This document shows, piece after piece, positions 1-10,239 of a stretch of 64,000 bases of DNA (positions are counted from its first letter, which is position 1; each line of letters begins with the position of its first letter). This DNA comes from a virus, in IMG/VR virus record IMGVR_UViG_3300028581_000013; one strand, written 5' to 3'. Position numbers and translations under genes: made by a program. The notes under the pieces were generated by a model that searched no databases, was not told the DNA's origin, and saw only the letters and a program-made list of their open reading frames with translations.

Positions 1-2
1 CA

Positions 3-203
3 GCTGCGCCTTCTGGTTACTCAGTCGATGCACTGGTTACACAATACGGTAAAACTGGCGATGAACTGAAGTATTATAAATTTGTTGGAATGTTTCCTGT
101 TGATATTGCTCCAATCGATTTGGATTGGGGCTCGAATGATGTTATCGAAGAATATGCGGTAACATTTGCCTATCAATGGTGGGAAGCTGAGCAGACAAGT
201 TAA
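3..203 (+). CDS. gp19: Tail tube protein gp19, C-terminal fragment (5' truncated by window)
   Basis: Manual translation ...YKFVGMFPVDIAPIDLDWGSNDVIEEYAVTFAYQWWE..*; typical gp19 C-terminus; directly upstream of portal. Confidence 0.9.
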   Translation, partial: AAPSGYSVDALVTQYGKTGDELKYYKFVGMFPVDIAPIDLDWGSNDVIEEYAVTFAYQWWEAEQTS

Positions 204-218
204 TATACATTATTATAC

Positions 219-253
219 GGAGAGAATTTTGGTTCTCTCCATCATGTTTTTTT
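219..253 (+). terminator. Putative intrinsic terminator after gp19
   Basis: GGAGAGAA-ttttgg-TTCTCTCC stem with a T7 run a few nt downstream. Confidence 0.55.
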
Positions 254-271
254 GAATTGGAATAAAATACT

Positions 272-1918
272 ATGGCAAATAAATTCTCACTTTTTGGCTT
301 TACAATAGCACGAAATAAGGAAGAACAATTCCAAGAAGTGCAACAATCTTTCACGCCTCCAGCAAACGAGGACGGTGCTCTTACTATTACTTCTGCCGCA
401 TATTATGGTACATATGTTGATCTAGACGGCACAGCAAAAAATGATGTTGAATTAATTTCTCGTTATCGTGAAATGTCAATGCAGCCAGAAATTGAGTCTG
501 CACTTGATGATATCGTAGGAGAAGCCATTTGTCAAGATGATGATGGCCAAATTATTAAATTGGTTTTAGATGATTTAAAACAACCAGAAAAAATCAAATC
601 TGCCATTAAAGCTGAATTTGAAACAATCATGCGCCTGTTAAATTATAAGAACATGGCACAAGATATCTTCCGCAGATACTATGTAGATGGTCGTCTATTT
701 TATCATCTTATTGTTGATAAAGCCAAACCAATGGAAGGTATTAAAGAATTACGATATATTGATCCACGAAAGTTAAGAAAAATTCGTGAGATGAAGAAAG
801 AAAAAGATCCAAGAACCGGTGTTGAAGTGATGAAAGTAATCAACGAATATTATATATTCAATGACAAAGTTACTACAGGTGCTTCTTCAAACTTTGGACC
901 AGTTGGTGTTCGTATTACAACCGATTCTATTGTTTCTGTTGTGTCTGGATTGATGGATTCTCGCCGGGCTGTTGTGTTATCTTATCTACACAAAGCAATT
1001 AAACCATTAAATCAGTTACGTATGATTGAAGATGCCACAGTTATCTATCGTATCTCACGTGCACCTGAGCGTAGAATATTTTATATTGATGTAGGTAATC
1101 TGCCTAAGTTAAAAGCGGAACAATACCTCCGTGATATTATGGTCAAATATAAAAACAAACTGGTCTATGATGCCAACACAGGCGAGATTCGTGATGACCG
1201 TAAGTTCTTATCAATGATGGAAGATTTTTGGTTACCACGCCGTGAAGGTGGTAAAGGCACAGAGATTACAACATTACCTGGAGGTCAAAATCTAGGTGAA
1301 TTAGAAGATGTAAAGTATTTTGAAAAGAAACTTTACAAGGCTTTAAACGTTCCAATCTCTCGATTAGAACCAAATCAAGGGTTTTCTCTTGGCCGAGTAG
1401 CCGAAGTTACTCGTGACGAACTTAAATTTTCTAAGTTTGTTGATCGGTTACGTAATAAGTTTTCTGATTTGTTTGACCAAGCAATGCGAGTACAATGTGT
1501 ATTAAAAGGCATTTGTACAGCAGAGGAATGGGAATCATTTAAAGAACACATTCATTATGACTTTATTAAAGACAACAACTTTACAGAACTTAAAGATGCT
1601 GAATTAATGAAAGAGCGACTTTCATTGTTAGGATCAGTTGATCCCTACACGGGTCGTTATTTTTCACAATCTTGGATTCAAAGAAATGTGTTGCGTTTAA
1701 CAGATGATGAGATTAAAGAAATGCAGGTTGAGATGGACGAAGAAAAAGAAGCTGGTCTTGGACTGCCTGTTGGTGTTACGAATGATGTGGCACAAGCACA
1801 GATGATGTCTAATGTACCACAACAACCAACTCATCCTGATGATTTAGAAGCACAGGCAGATACCAAAAAACAACAAGAAGAAGTCAATATCATAACTAAA
1901 TTGAAGCGAATATTATAA
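272..1918 (+). CDS. gp20: Portal vertex protein gp20
   Basis: YRISRAPERRIFYIDVGNLPK and EDFWLPRREGGKGTEITTLPGG motifs; 548 aa. Confidence 0.98.
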   Translation: MANKFSLFGFTIARNKEEQFQEVQQSFTPPANEDGALTITSAAYYGTYVDLDGTAKNDVELISRYREMSMQPEIESALDDIVGEAICQDDDGQIIKLVLDDLKQPEKIKSAIKAEFETIMRLLNYKNMAQDIFRRYYVDGRLFYHLIVDKAKPMEGIKELRYIDPRKLRKIREMKKEKDPRTGVEVMKVINEYYIFNDKVTTGASSNFGPVGVRITTDSIVSVVSGLMDSRRAVVLSYLHKAIKPLNQLRMIEDATVIYRISRAPERRIFYIDVGNLPKLKAEQYLRDIMVKYKNKLVYDANTGEIRDDRKFLSMMEDFWLPRREGGKGTEITTLPGGQNLGELEDVKYFEKKLYKALNVPISRLEPNQGFSLGRVAEVTRDELKFSKFVDRLRNKFSDLFDQAMRVQCVLKGICTAEEWESFKEHIHYDFIKDNNFTELKDAELMKERLSLLGSVDPYTGRYFSQSWIQRNVLRLTDDEIKEMQVEMDEEKEAGLGLPVGVTNDVAQAQMMSNVPQQPTHPDDLEAQADTKKQQEEVNIITKLKRIL

Positions 1919-1921
1919 ATA
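1914..1921 (+). promoter_or_regulatory. T4-type late promoter
   Basis: TATAAATA upstream of prohead core genes. Confidence 0.75.
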
Positions 1922-1939
1922 TTTTTGGAGAAAAAACAA

Positions 1940-2167
1940 ATGGATACGAAACAAATTATTGATTATGCTTACCAAGATAATGGTGTTGCATTTAAAGATG
2001 CCTTGTATGCATCAATACATGATAAGGTAACGGCTCATATAGAAGCCAAAAAGCAAGAAATTGCACAGAATTTAATAGCACAGAATAATGAACCATCTGA
2101 AGCAACAGCACAAGATGTTGCTATCGGTGTACCAGAAACACAGGAAACGGCAAGTGAAAACACTTAA
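1940..2167 (+). CDS. Small acidic prohead core protein (gp67-like)
   Basis: Position after gp20; GGAG RBS before ATG 1940. Confidence 0.55.
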   Translation: MDTKQIIDYAYQDNGVAFKDALYASIHDKVTAHIEAKKQEIAQNLIAQNNEPSEATAQDVAIGVPETQETASENT

Positions 2168-2375
2168 AGAGTTTCGTAACCATCAAATTGACGAGGCAAA
2201 ACTGCCGGCAGATCCGCCAGCGGTTATGCTTATGAAAAGACAGTCAATTCGACAGTTTGGTGATGGACAAAGAGTGGCTCTTTATTATGTGGATAAAATT
2301 AATAAATACATTACCATACCATATAACGCATCACAATGGTCATTAACAATACCAGAAGAATTTAAACAGGAATAA
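2154..2375 (+). CDS. Conserved hypothetical head-module protein
   Basis: GTG start, MKTLKEF..QIDE N-terminus resembling a capsid-targeting sequence. Confidence 0.6.
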   Translation: MKTLKEFRNHQIDEAKLPADPPAVMLMKRQSIRQFGDGQRVALYYVDKINKYITIPYNASQWSLTIPEEFKQE

Positions 2376-2378
2376 AAA

Positions 2379-2909
2379 ATGCCAAATTCATTTACATATC
2401 AAGTAATAAAAGATACTACAGAAAGTGCAGTGATTAAACTTACTGGTAATTTTGATGGTTCGGGCCAAGAAGATAATACTGCTCGAATTCAAGCAAACAC
2501 TTTATATGGTGCACTTGATGCAAACAATGTTCCTTTGCGTTCGGCTTTAAGTCAAAGTAATACAGCAAAATCATTTTATGGATTATCGGTAAACCGTATG
2601 TGGTATACTGTTTCTGCAGGAGCACTAGTTCAGTTACAATGGACCGCCTCAACATCTTTACCTATTTGTAATGTTATTGGTAGTGCTGAGTATGATGGTG
2701 CATCAAACTGGCCTACTATTCCAAATAATGCCGAAGGTGCTGCAGGATGTAATGGAAACATTGGCATATCTACAAAAGGTATGGCAGCAAATGGTGCATA
2801 TACAATTATATTAGATATTCGTAAACATAATGAATACTATCAGCGTGGTCAGTTTAATGATCCGGCTGCATTTAACTTTGGTAGTTATTCTTTAAGACCT
2901 GCTCCATAA
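2379..2909 (+). CDS. Hypothetical protein, possibly virion structural
   Basis: 176-aa ORF with RBS, G/N/A-rich, inside head module. Confidence 0.6.
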   Translation: MPNSFTYQVIKDTTESAVIKLTGNFDGSGQEDNTARIQANTLYGALDANNVPLRSALSQSNTAKSFYGLSVNRMWYTVSAGALVQLQWTASTSLPICNVIGSAEYDGASNWPTIPNNAEGAAGCNGNIGISTKGMAANGAYTIILDIRKHNEYYQRGQFNDPAAFNFGSYSLRPAP

Positions 2910-3346
2910 TGAGTGAGTTTGTTTCAAAACTTCTTTCTAATAATGTTTTAGAAGCAAAAAACGTTTTAGATGAAAAATTAAAAAAGTTGATTGAAAACAA
3001 AATCAACCAAATAAAACTCCGCATGGCGGCAGAAATGTTTGAAGATTGTGGTGTTGAAGTAGATTTTGAAATAGAAAATATTGCTGAAGGCAATATAATG
3101 AAAATGGGTAGAACCAAAATGGTTCGGATCCGTATTCGTGCTGGTAAAGTACAAAGACGTAAAAAGTTATCTGCTGTACCTGGTTTTACGATTCGTGGTG
3201 GGAAAATGATTCGAATGTCACCCATGGAACGCAGACATCGTAAAATGGCAGCCAGAAGAGCTAAGTTTAAAAGACGGGCTAAAATGAGCCAGTCTTTAAG
3301 AAAAAGAAGGATATCACTCAGAAGAAGAGGAACATACGGATTATGA
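2909..3346 (+). CDS. gp68: Prohead core protein (gp68-like)
   Basis: Very basic C-terminus (RRHRKMAARRAKFKRR); immediately before gp21. Confidence 0.7.
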   Translation: MSEFVSKLLSNNVLEAKNVLDEKLKKLIENKINQIKLRMAAEMFEDCGVEVDFEIENIAEGNIMKMGRTKMVRIRIRAGKVQRRKKLSAVPGFTIRGGKMIRMSPMERRHRKMAARRAKFKRRAKMSQSLRKRRISLRRRGTYGL

Positions 3347-3987
3347 AATTAATCAAAGAAATAACCGAAACTGTTAGTTATCTTGTAGAAGATTCTAATG
3401 GTAAAAAGTCTTTACATATAGAAGGACCGTTCCTGGTTGCTGAGAAGAAAAATCGTAATGGTCGTCTGTATGAGTATAACACCATGAAAAAAGAAGTTTC
3501 CAGATACACGGAAGAATATATTAACAAACACCGTGCTTTTGGTGAACTAGGTCATCCAGAATCTCCATCTATTAACTTAGACCGAGTTTCACACATGATT
3601 ACATCTTTAAAAGAAGATGGTAACCAATGGATTGGTAAAGCAAAAATTTTAGATACTCCTATGGGTAATATCGCCAAAAGTCTTATTGAAGGCGGTGCTC
3701 AATTAGGTGTATCTTCACGGGGCATGGGCTCACTAAAGAATGTCAATGGAGTTAATGTCGTTCAGCCCGATTTTTATCTAGCCACAGCGGCAGATATAGT
3801 AGCAGATCCTTCTGCGCCTGGAGCATTTGTTCAAGGCATTATGGAAGGTAAAGAATGGATGTTAGTCAACGGTGTTTGGACCGAAGTCGAATACACTCAA
3901 GCCGTCAATGAAATTAGGAAGGCAACGAGTAAGGAAATCGAAGAAGTAAGTCTACGCATTTTTGAGAACTTCATGAAAAAACTTTAA
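3343..3987 (+). CDS. gp21: Prohead protease gp21
   Basis: KNRNGRLY, GELGHP, GVSSRGMGS, DIVADPSAPGAFV motifs. Confidence 0.97.
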   Translation: MKLIKEITETVSYLVEDSNGKKSLHIEGPFLVAEKKNRNGRLYEYNTMKKEVSRYTEEYINKHRAFGELGHPESPSINLDRVSHMITSLKEDGNQWIGKAKILDTPMGNIAKSLIEGGAQLGVSSRGMGSLKNVNGVNVVQPDFYLATAADIVADPSAPGAFVQGIMEGKEWMLVNGVWTEVEYTQAVNEIRKATSKEIEEVSLRIFENFMKKL

Positions 3988-3988
3988 A

Positions 3989-3996
3989 TATAAATA
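3989..3996 (+). promoter_or_regulatory. T4-type late promoter
   Basis: TATAAATA upstream of gp22. Confidence 0.8.
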
Positions 3997-4024
3997 TCCA
4001 ATATAAATCAAGGAGATTTTCAAA

Positions 4025-5215
4025 ATGGCAAAATTTAATCTGTCTGAAGCCGCTAAAGAAATACTTTCTGCATCTGTAACAAGCAAAAAGTCTGGCCAAG
4101 ATAAACCACAAAAATTAACTGGCGATGTTGCTTACGGCACAAAAGAAGCTGGCGACATTGGTACAGAAGTTACTAAAACAACCGATGCTGGTCCAGATGC
4201 AACTAAGGGTGCTCCAACAGCAACCGCTCCTGGTGCCACACCTCCTGTAGGTTCTGAGCCAATGAAGAAGTTGGCAAAGCAACCACAAGAGCAAGGTTCT
4301 AATGAGCAACCAGAAGGCAAAGCTGCTTCACAGAAGTTTGCTAAAAATCCTGGTGCCACATTCCAGTCTTATGGCGAAGAAACTGAAGCTGAAGAAGAAG
4401 TTATTGCTGAAGCTGAAAAAGAAGAAGGCCATGATGATGAAAAACAAGATAAAGCCATGATCAAAAAAATGATTAACAAAGAAAAAATGAAGGAAGATAT
4501 TGACGCTTTAATGTCTGGCGAAAATCTTTCTGAAGAATTCGTACAAAAAGCTGCCACAATATTTGAAGCTGCCGTTGTTGCACGTGCAGAAGAAGTTATT
4601 GCTGAAGCTGAAGCCGAGTTACTTGAGCAATTTGAAAGTGCCATTGAAGAAGTTAAAGAAGATTTGGCAACTAAAGTTGACGATTACCTAAACTATGTTG
4701 TTGAGCAATGGATGAAAGAAAATGAAATTGCAATCGAGAAAGGCCTACGTGCTGAGATTGTTGAAGATTTCATTGGCGGTTTACGCAATCTATTCATTGA
4801 GCATTACATCGACATTCCTGCCGACAAGGTAGACGTTGTTGAAGAACTCACAACACGAGTTGAAGAACTTGAGGCTTCTTTAAATGAGCAGATTACTCAT
4901 GGTATCGAACTTAAAAAAGAATTAAACGAACAGAAAAAAATTGAGGCTATCTACACAGCGTGTGAAGGCCTGACGCAGACCCAAGTAGAAAAATTAAAAT
5001 CACTCGCAGAGGGTGTGGAATTTACTACTGAGGGAGAGTTTGTCGAAAAACTATCCACTTTAAAAGAATCATATTTTAAAACGGAAGTTAAAGTAGCAGA
5101 CAATTCCGCTCTAGATGATGAAGTCGATATTGAAGAAGAAAAGAAGGTTGTAAAATCTTCCGATCCTTTGATGGAAGTTTACTCAAAAGCAATTTCACAA
5201 ACTGTAAACAAATAA
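4025..5215 (+). CDS. gp22: Prohead scaffold protein gp22
   Basis: Acidic coiled coil, KVDDYLNYVVEQWMKENEIAIE; located between gp21 and gp23. Confidence 0.93.
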   Translation: MAKFNLSEAAKEILSASVTSKKSGQDKPQKLTGDVAYGTKEAGDIGTEVTKTTDAGPDATKGAPTATAPGATPPVGSEPMKKLAKQPQEQGSNEQPEGKAASQKFAKNPGATFQSYGEETEAEEEVIAEAEKEEGHDDEKQDKAMIKKMINKEKMKEDIDALMSGENLSEEFVQKAATIFEAAVVARAEEVIAEAEAELLEQFESAIEEVKEDLATKVDDYLNYVVEQWMKENEIAIEKGLRAEIVEDFIGGLRNLFIEHYIDIPADKVDVVEELTTRVEELEASLNEQITHGIELKKELNEQKKIEAIYTACEGLTQTQVEKLKSLAEGVEFTTEGEFVEKLSTLKESYFKTEVKVADNSALDDEVDIEEEKKVVKSSDPLMEVYSKAISQTVNK

Positions 5216-5246
5216 TAACAAATATACAACAAAAGGAAAACAAAAA

Positions 5247-6575
5247 ATGTATATGACTGAAGAACTACAAAAAAAATGGACACCAGTTTTGGAGCATCCA
5301 GAACTTGAAGCCATTAAAGACCCATACAAGCGTGCTGTTACAGCTCTCGTATTAGAGAACCAACAACAAGCTATGTCGCAAGACCGTATGGCCCTAAACG
5401 AAGTTACTGTAACAGGTCCAGAGAATGCTACTGGCAATGCAATTCAGAACTTTGATCCAATTTTGATCAGCTTGGTACGCCGTGCTCTGCCAAATCTAAT
5501 CGCTTATGACGTTGCTGGTGTTCAACCAATGACAGGTCCTACCGGTTTGATTTTTGCAATGCGTGCTCGTTACAGTACACAAGACGGTACTGAGGCTTTC
5601 TTCAATGAGCCAAATACACAGTTCTCTGGTTCTGTATCTGCAACAAACCCATACGGTTTCCAAGGTACAACAGCACAAGATACAGCTAACACATTCCAAA
5701 ATCCAGCATCATTGACAACTACCTCTGGTATTGCAATGCCAACAGCTAACGCTGAAATTTTGGGTTCTGATAGTCCTGCTAATGCTTTCCAGCAAATGGC
5801 ATTCTCTATCGAGAAAGTAACTGTAACAGCTCAAAGCCGTGCCTTGAAAGCTGAGTATTCTTTAGAACTTGCACAAGACTTAAAAGCGATTCATGGTCTT
5901 GATGCTGAAACAGAATTGTCTAACATTCTGTCTACAGAAATCCTTGCTGAGATCAACCGTGAAGTTATTCGTACCATTTACACGACTGCCGTTGCCGGTG
6001 CTCAGTATGGTACAACAACTGCTGGTTTCTTTGACCTCGATACAGATTCCAACGGCCGTTGGTCTGTTGAGCGTTTCAAGGGCCTCATTTTCCAAATTGA
6101 GCGTGATGCTAACGTAATTGCTAAGCAGACTCGCCGTGGAAAAGGTAACGTATTGATCGTTTCTTCTGACGTTGCTTCCGCTATGGCAATGGCTGGTGTA
6201 TTGCAATATACTCCTGCTTTGTCTGCTGATTTGCAAGTAGATGACACAGGCAATACATTTGCTGGTCTCCTCCATGGTCGTATCAAGGTTTACATCGACC
6301 CATACTTTGGTGGATACACAAGCAACCAAGAACTAGTAACCATCGGTTACAAAGGTTCTAGCCCATACGATGCTGGATTGTTCTATTGCCCATACGTTCC
6401 ATTACAGATGGTTCGTGCTGTAGACCAGTTCACATTCCAACCAAAGATTGGTTTCAAAACTCGTTACGGAATGGTAGCCAACCCATTCGCCAAGGGTTCT
6501 TTGGTAGGCAATGGTGCTTTGACAGAGCGTTCAAACGTTTACTATCGTTTGTTTGGCGTCAAAAACCTAATGTGA
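5247..6575 (+). CDS. gp23: Major capsid protein gp23
   Basis: GVQPMTGPTGLIFAMR, SRALKAEYSLELAQDLKAIHGLDAE, FQPKIGFKTRYG. Confidence 0.99.
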   Translation: MYMTEELQKKWTPVLEHPELEAIKDPYKRAVTALVLENQQQAMSQDRMALNEVTVTGPENATGNAIQNFDPILISLVRRALPNLIAYDVAGVQPMTGPTGLIFAMRARYSTQDGTEAFFNEPNTQFSGSVSATNPYGFQGTTAQDTANTFQNPASLTTTSGIAMPTANAEILGSDSPANAFQQMAFSIEKVTVTAQSRALKAEYSLELAQDLKAIHGLDAETELSNILSTEILAEINREVIRTIYTTAVAGAQYGTTTAGFFDLDTDSNGRWSVERFKGLIFQIERDANVIAKQTRRGKGNVLIVSSDVASAMAMAGVLQYTPALSADLQVDDTGNTFAGLLHGRIKVYIDPYFGGYTSNQELVTIGYKGSSPYDAGLFYCPYVPLQMVRAVDQFTFQPKIGFKTRYGMVANPFAKGSLVGNGALTERSNVYYRLFGVKNLM

Positions 6576-6606
6576 TGCATTGAGTCCTCGTTAAGAAGGA
6601 CATTTG

Positions 6607-6633
6607 GAAAGGGACTTCGGTCCCTTTCTTTTT
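6607..6633 (+). terminator. Intrinsic terminator after gp23 with cUUCGg tetraloop
   Basis: GAAAGGGAC-TTCG-GTCCCTTTC-TTTTT. Confidence 0.92.
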
Positions 6634-6661
6634 GCAATCAATTACATGGAATTCTTTACCA

Positions 6662-7051
6662 ATGTTTAAAACTTTAAAAACAATGCCGTTTGATATTAAT
6701 GACCACAATCCTTCATTAAGAAGGTACGGAATAGGATTTCCACATATGGAAGAAACAAAAAAAGACCTTAGTGAAATTCAAAAAGAAAGATGGAAACAAG
6801 GCAAATACGATCCAGAAAAATTACGGCTTAGTCGTATAGGGTTTAAACAACCAGACAGTCAAAAGATATCTGTGGCAGAAAAATTGTCATCTGAATGGAT
6901 AGTAATTAATCCTAAAGGAGAATCACAGATTATAAAAAATTTACAAAAATTTTGCAGAGAAAACGGATTAGACCAAGGAAACATGGTTAAAGTTTCTCAA
7001 GGCATAATTAAACAAAACAAAGGTTGGAAGTGCGTTAAAATAAACACCTAA
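6662..7051 (+). CDS. NUMOD3/HTH DNA-binding protein; homing endonuclease remnant without a catalytic domain
   Basis: NUMOD3-like repeats (GFPHMEETKKDLS; GFKQPDSQKISVA) and C-terminal NLQKFCRENGL..KGWKC; no GIY-YIG or HNH motif. Confidence 0.6.
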   Translation: MFKTLKTMPFDINDHNPSLRRYGIGFPHMEETKKDLSEIQKERWKQGKYDPEKLRLSRIGFKQPDSQKISVAEKLSSEWIVINPKGESQIIKNLQKFCRENGLDQGNMVKVSQGIIKQNKGWKCVKINT

Positions 7052-7083
7052 ATAGTTGTATGTTCAAAGGATTATTTCAATAA

Positions 7084-7614
7084 ATGAGTGCCATTACCAG
7101 AACTCCAGAAAATACAGGTTATCTACAACCGTCAAAGTTTCTCTTAACTTTTGACCGTATACCAAACTGCCAGTATTTCTGTCAATCAGTAAACATACCA
7201 GGAATGAGTTTAGGGCAAGCACAAATGACTTCTCCTATGTTGGATGTTTTTGCACCTGGAAACAAACTGACATATAACCAATTAAATGTTAATTTTCCTG
7301 TTGATGCTGCAGTGGTATCATGGAAAGAAATCCATGAGTGGTTCCGTTCCATCGCATCTCCAGAGGGTTTTCCTGAAAGGAATAGGTTATCAGATCAACA
7401 GACCAAGTTTGGTAGTAAAAAACCCAAATATTATTCTGATGCCATACTAACGGTATTGTCTGCTTTAAACAATCCTATTGTACGAATTCAATTTATAAAT
7501 GCATTTCCAGTATCACTATCAGACATCCAGTTTGATACCAGAATGACGGCTGAAGATATTATTACATGTGATGCCACGTTTGTATATGATTATTTTAATT
7601 TTGTAAGTCTATAA
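7084..7614 (+). CDS. gp3: Tail tube terminator / tail completion protein gp3
   Basis: YFCQSVNIPG, YSDAILTVLS..NNP, AFPVSLSDIQFD motifs. Confidence 0.88.
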   Translation: MSAITRTPENTGYLQPSKFLLTFDRIPNCQYFCQSVNIPGMSLGQAQMTSPMLDVFAPGNKLTYNQLNVNFPVDAAVVSWKEIHEWFRSIASPEGFPERNRLSDQQTKFGSKKPKYYSDAILTVLSALNNPIVRIQFINAFPVSLSDIQFDTRMTAEDIITCDATFVYDYFNFVSL

Positions 7615-7621
7615 CAACGGC

Positions 7622-7651
7622 TTGACACAATAACATAAGCTGTGTTAAAAT
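7622..7651 (+). promoter_or_regulatory. Sigma70-type early promoter for uvsY-uvsW operon
   Basis: TTGACA-18 nt-TAAAAT with TGn extension. Confidence 0.7.
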
Positions 7652-7682
7652 GTAACTTTATAGTTAACTATTTGATTTTATT

Positions 7683-8117
7683 ATGGAAAATTTAGAACAA
7701 GTATTGAAGTTTTGGGAAAAAGACGTTGAGATGGATCAAACGGAACCCGGTAAAGAACTTTTACGAATACCAATCTTACACAACAAGTACCTCTCCATAC
7801 TAACAAAACACAAGATTGCCTCTAAAAAGGCACACTTTGATTATCTCCGTATGAGAAAAATCAAGTGGGAATACTACACAGGCAAGATGTCCCAAGAGGA
7901 ACTTCAGGAATACGGTTGGGAACCATTCCAATTCACTCTTAAATCTGACATCAGTACCTATCTCGAAGCAGATACCGACCTAATAAAGTTGTTAGAAAAG
8001 AAGGTATACCACGAAGAATGTGTATCGGTCATCGAATCTATTATGAATGAATTGAAACAAAGAACTTGGCAATTGAGAGATTTTATCTCTTGGGAAAAAT
8101 TTATAGGAGGCCAGTAA
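7683..8117 (+). CDS. uvsY: Recombination mediator UvsY
   Basis: IPILHNKYL, KWEYYTGK, RTWQLRDFISWEKF; precedes uvsW. Confidence 0.9.
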   Translation: MENLEQVLKFWEKDVEMDQTEPGKELLRIPILHNKYLSILTKHKIASKKAHFDYLRMRKIKWEYYTGKMSQEELQEYGWEPFQFTLKSDISTYLEADTDLIKLLEKKVYHEECVSVIESIMNELKQRTWQLRDFISWEKFIGGQ

Positions 8118-8755
8118 TGTCTTTTCTAGTTGCAAATATACCACCTGTTAAATGTTTTGTGCGTAAAGAGTTTCTTTACAACCACGAAAAAGGTCATGGT
8201 GAATTAGAACCTTGTGTGTGGATAACTGCCAAGGCCATTAAAGGTCAGGCCTTCCGTATTGAGTGTATGCTAACCGATTACGGTGCGTTGTTTGATAAAC
8301 TACCTATCTCCGCATATGTTTGGAAACCTGTAGATGAGTATCTACCATTAGATAATCTACAGATATGGGATTGTCTATCATATGACATGGCAGTAATTGA
8401 AAAATCAAATCTACGAGGCCTCAAAGTAAAATACTTTGGCAAAGACCGAGCATTTCATTTTGGTAAATACCTTTTTACAATTGATTTTGCGGCACCAGAT
8501 TTTAATCGTATTGACACCAGTTTCTCGGAAGGTGTACAAGAACATAAATCATACAACTTTATTCAATTAGACAACGGCCAATTTGCCTGTCAACCAAACA
8601 ATCGTTGCCTGTGGTATGACGTATCACTGGTACCACCTGTAGTTAAAACTCCTGATTTCAAAATACCAACAGAAGTGTACTCAGTAGAAAACATTTCTAA
8701 GTGGAGTGTTGGTACACCTGATTCATGGTTCTATAAGTTTGATGAAAAAGAATGA
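8117..8755 (+). CDS. Conserved hypothetical phage protein
   Basis: ATG overlaps uvsY stop; LDNGQFACQPNNR motif. Confidence 0.7.
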   Translation: MSFLVANIPPVKCFVRKEFLYNHEKGHGELEPCVWITAKAIKGQAFRIECMLTDYGALFDKLPISAYVWKPVDEYLPLDNLQIWDCLSYDMAVIEKSNLRGLKVKYFGKDRAFHFGKYLFTIDFAAPDFNRIDTSFSEGVQEHKSYNFIQLDNGQFACQPNNRCLWYDVSLVPPVVKTPDFKIPTEVYSVENISKWSVGTPDSWFYKFDEKE

Positions 8756-10239
8756 GTGATTTAATTATATCAAAAAAAGATGAGGTCTATGCCAAGATAA
8801 CTTGTGAAAAACACATCACAAAAGAATTATCAGAGTTCTTTACTTTTTTTGTTCCTGGTTATCAATTTGTTCCTGCGTATCGCAATCGAGTTTGGGATGG
8901 AAAAATTCGTATGTTTAATTTACAAACGAATCAAATCTATCTTGGTTTATTACCATACATTGAGGAGTTTTGTAGAGAAAGAGAATATGAGTTTGAATAT
9001 GGTGATCCAAGGCCGGACGTTGAAGATGAATACTCGGTATATCATGCGAAGAAATTCATAGGAGAGTTGAATATTCACGCTCGAGGTGAACCAATTGAAA
9101 TACGAGAACATCAATTAGATGCATACATTCATGCCATGCAAAAACGCCGAGCGTTGTTGGTTTCTCCAACGGCATCTGGCAAATCTCTTATCATCTATCT
9201 AATCTTCCGTCAATTACATCAATATCAAAATCTCAAAGGTCTTATCATTGTTCCTACCACATCTTTGGTTGAACAATTATACTCCGACTTTGGTGATTAT
9301 AACAATGGTGAAATGACCAAGGTGCATCGTATTTACCAAGGTAAAGAAAAAGACACCGACAAGCCACTTACCATTTCTACATGGCAATCTCTGTATAAAC
9401 TTCCAAAAGAATACTTTCACCAATTTGATTATATCGTTGGTGATGAGGCACATCTATTCAAAGCACAATCACTCACCACAATATTGACCTCCTGTGTTAA
9501 TGCTAAATATAGGATAGGTCTTACAGGTACATTAGATGGTACCAAAACACATAAACTGGTGTTAGAAGGTTTGTTTGGTTCAGTCAAAAAAGTAATTACC
9601 ACAAGAGAGTTAATTGATAAACAGCAAGTTTCAGATTTTGAAATTAAGTGTTTAGTTTTAAAACACGATGATGAGATATGTTTACAATTAAAAGATAAAA
9701 CATACCAAGAAGAAATACAGTATCTAATTGCAAACGAAAATAGAAATAAATTTATTAAGAATCTTGCAGTTAGCTTAGGTAATAATACATTGATATTGTA
9801 TCAAATGGTTGACAAACATGGTCAAATACTATATGATATGATTAAGAACACCGAAAAGATTGGTGATCGAAAAGTTTTCTTTGTTCATGGTGGCACCGAT
9901 ACAACAGATAGAGAAGAAATAAGAAGAATAATGGAGATAGAAAATGATGCGATTGTTGTGGCATCTTTTGGTACTTTTAGCACTGGTATCAACATTCGCA
10001 ATCTACACAATATCATCTTTGCAAGTCCTTCTAAGTCAAGGATTCGTAATCTGCAATCTATCGGTAGAGGATTACGACAAGCTGAAGGAAAAGAAAGAGC
10101 AACACTCTATGATATTGCCGATGATTTACGATACAAGAAACACATAAATTTTACATTAAAACATTTTGTTGAACGAATTAAAATTTACACGGAAGAAAAG
10201 TTCCCATTCAAAATATATAAAATAGGACTAAAAAAATGA
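8752..10239 (+). CDS. uvsW: SF2 DNA helicase UvsW
   Basis: SPTASGKS, DEAH, GLTGT, QSIGRGLR motifs. Confidence 0.97.
   Translation: MSDLIISKKDEVYAKITCEKHITKELSEFFTFFVPGYQFVPAYRNRVWDGKIRMFNLQTNQIYLGLLPYIEEFCREREYEFEYGDPRPDVEDEYSVYHAKKFIGELNIHARGEPIEIREHQLDAYIHAMQKRRALLVSPTASGKSLIIYLIFRQLHQYQNLKGLIIVPTTSLVEQLYSDFGDYNNGEMTKVHRIYQGKEKDTDKPLTISTWQSLYKLPKEYFHQFDYIVGDEAHLFKAQSLTTILTSCVNAKYRIGLTGTLDGTKTHKLVLEGLFGSVKKVITTRELIDKQQVSDFEIKCLVLKHDDEICLQLKDKTYQEEIQYLIANENRNKFIKNLAVSLGNNTLILYQMVDKHGQILYDMIKNTEKIGDRKVFFVHGGTDTTDREEIRRIMEIENDAIVVASFGTFSTGINIRNLHNIIFASPSKSRIRNLQSIGRGLRQAEGKERATLYDIADDLRYKKHINFTLKHFVERIKIYTEEKFPFKIYKIGLKK

Noticed and set aside
4115-6329. Minus-strand ORFs within gp22 and gp23
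   Set aside because: Antisense shadows of strongly biased, highly expressed genes
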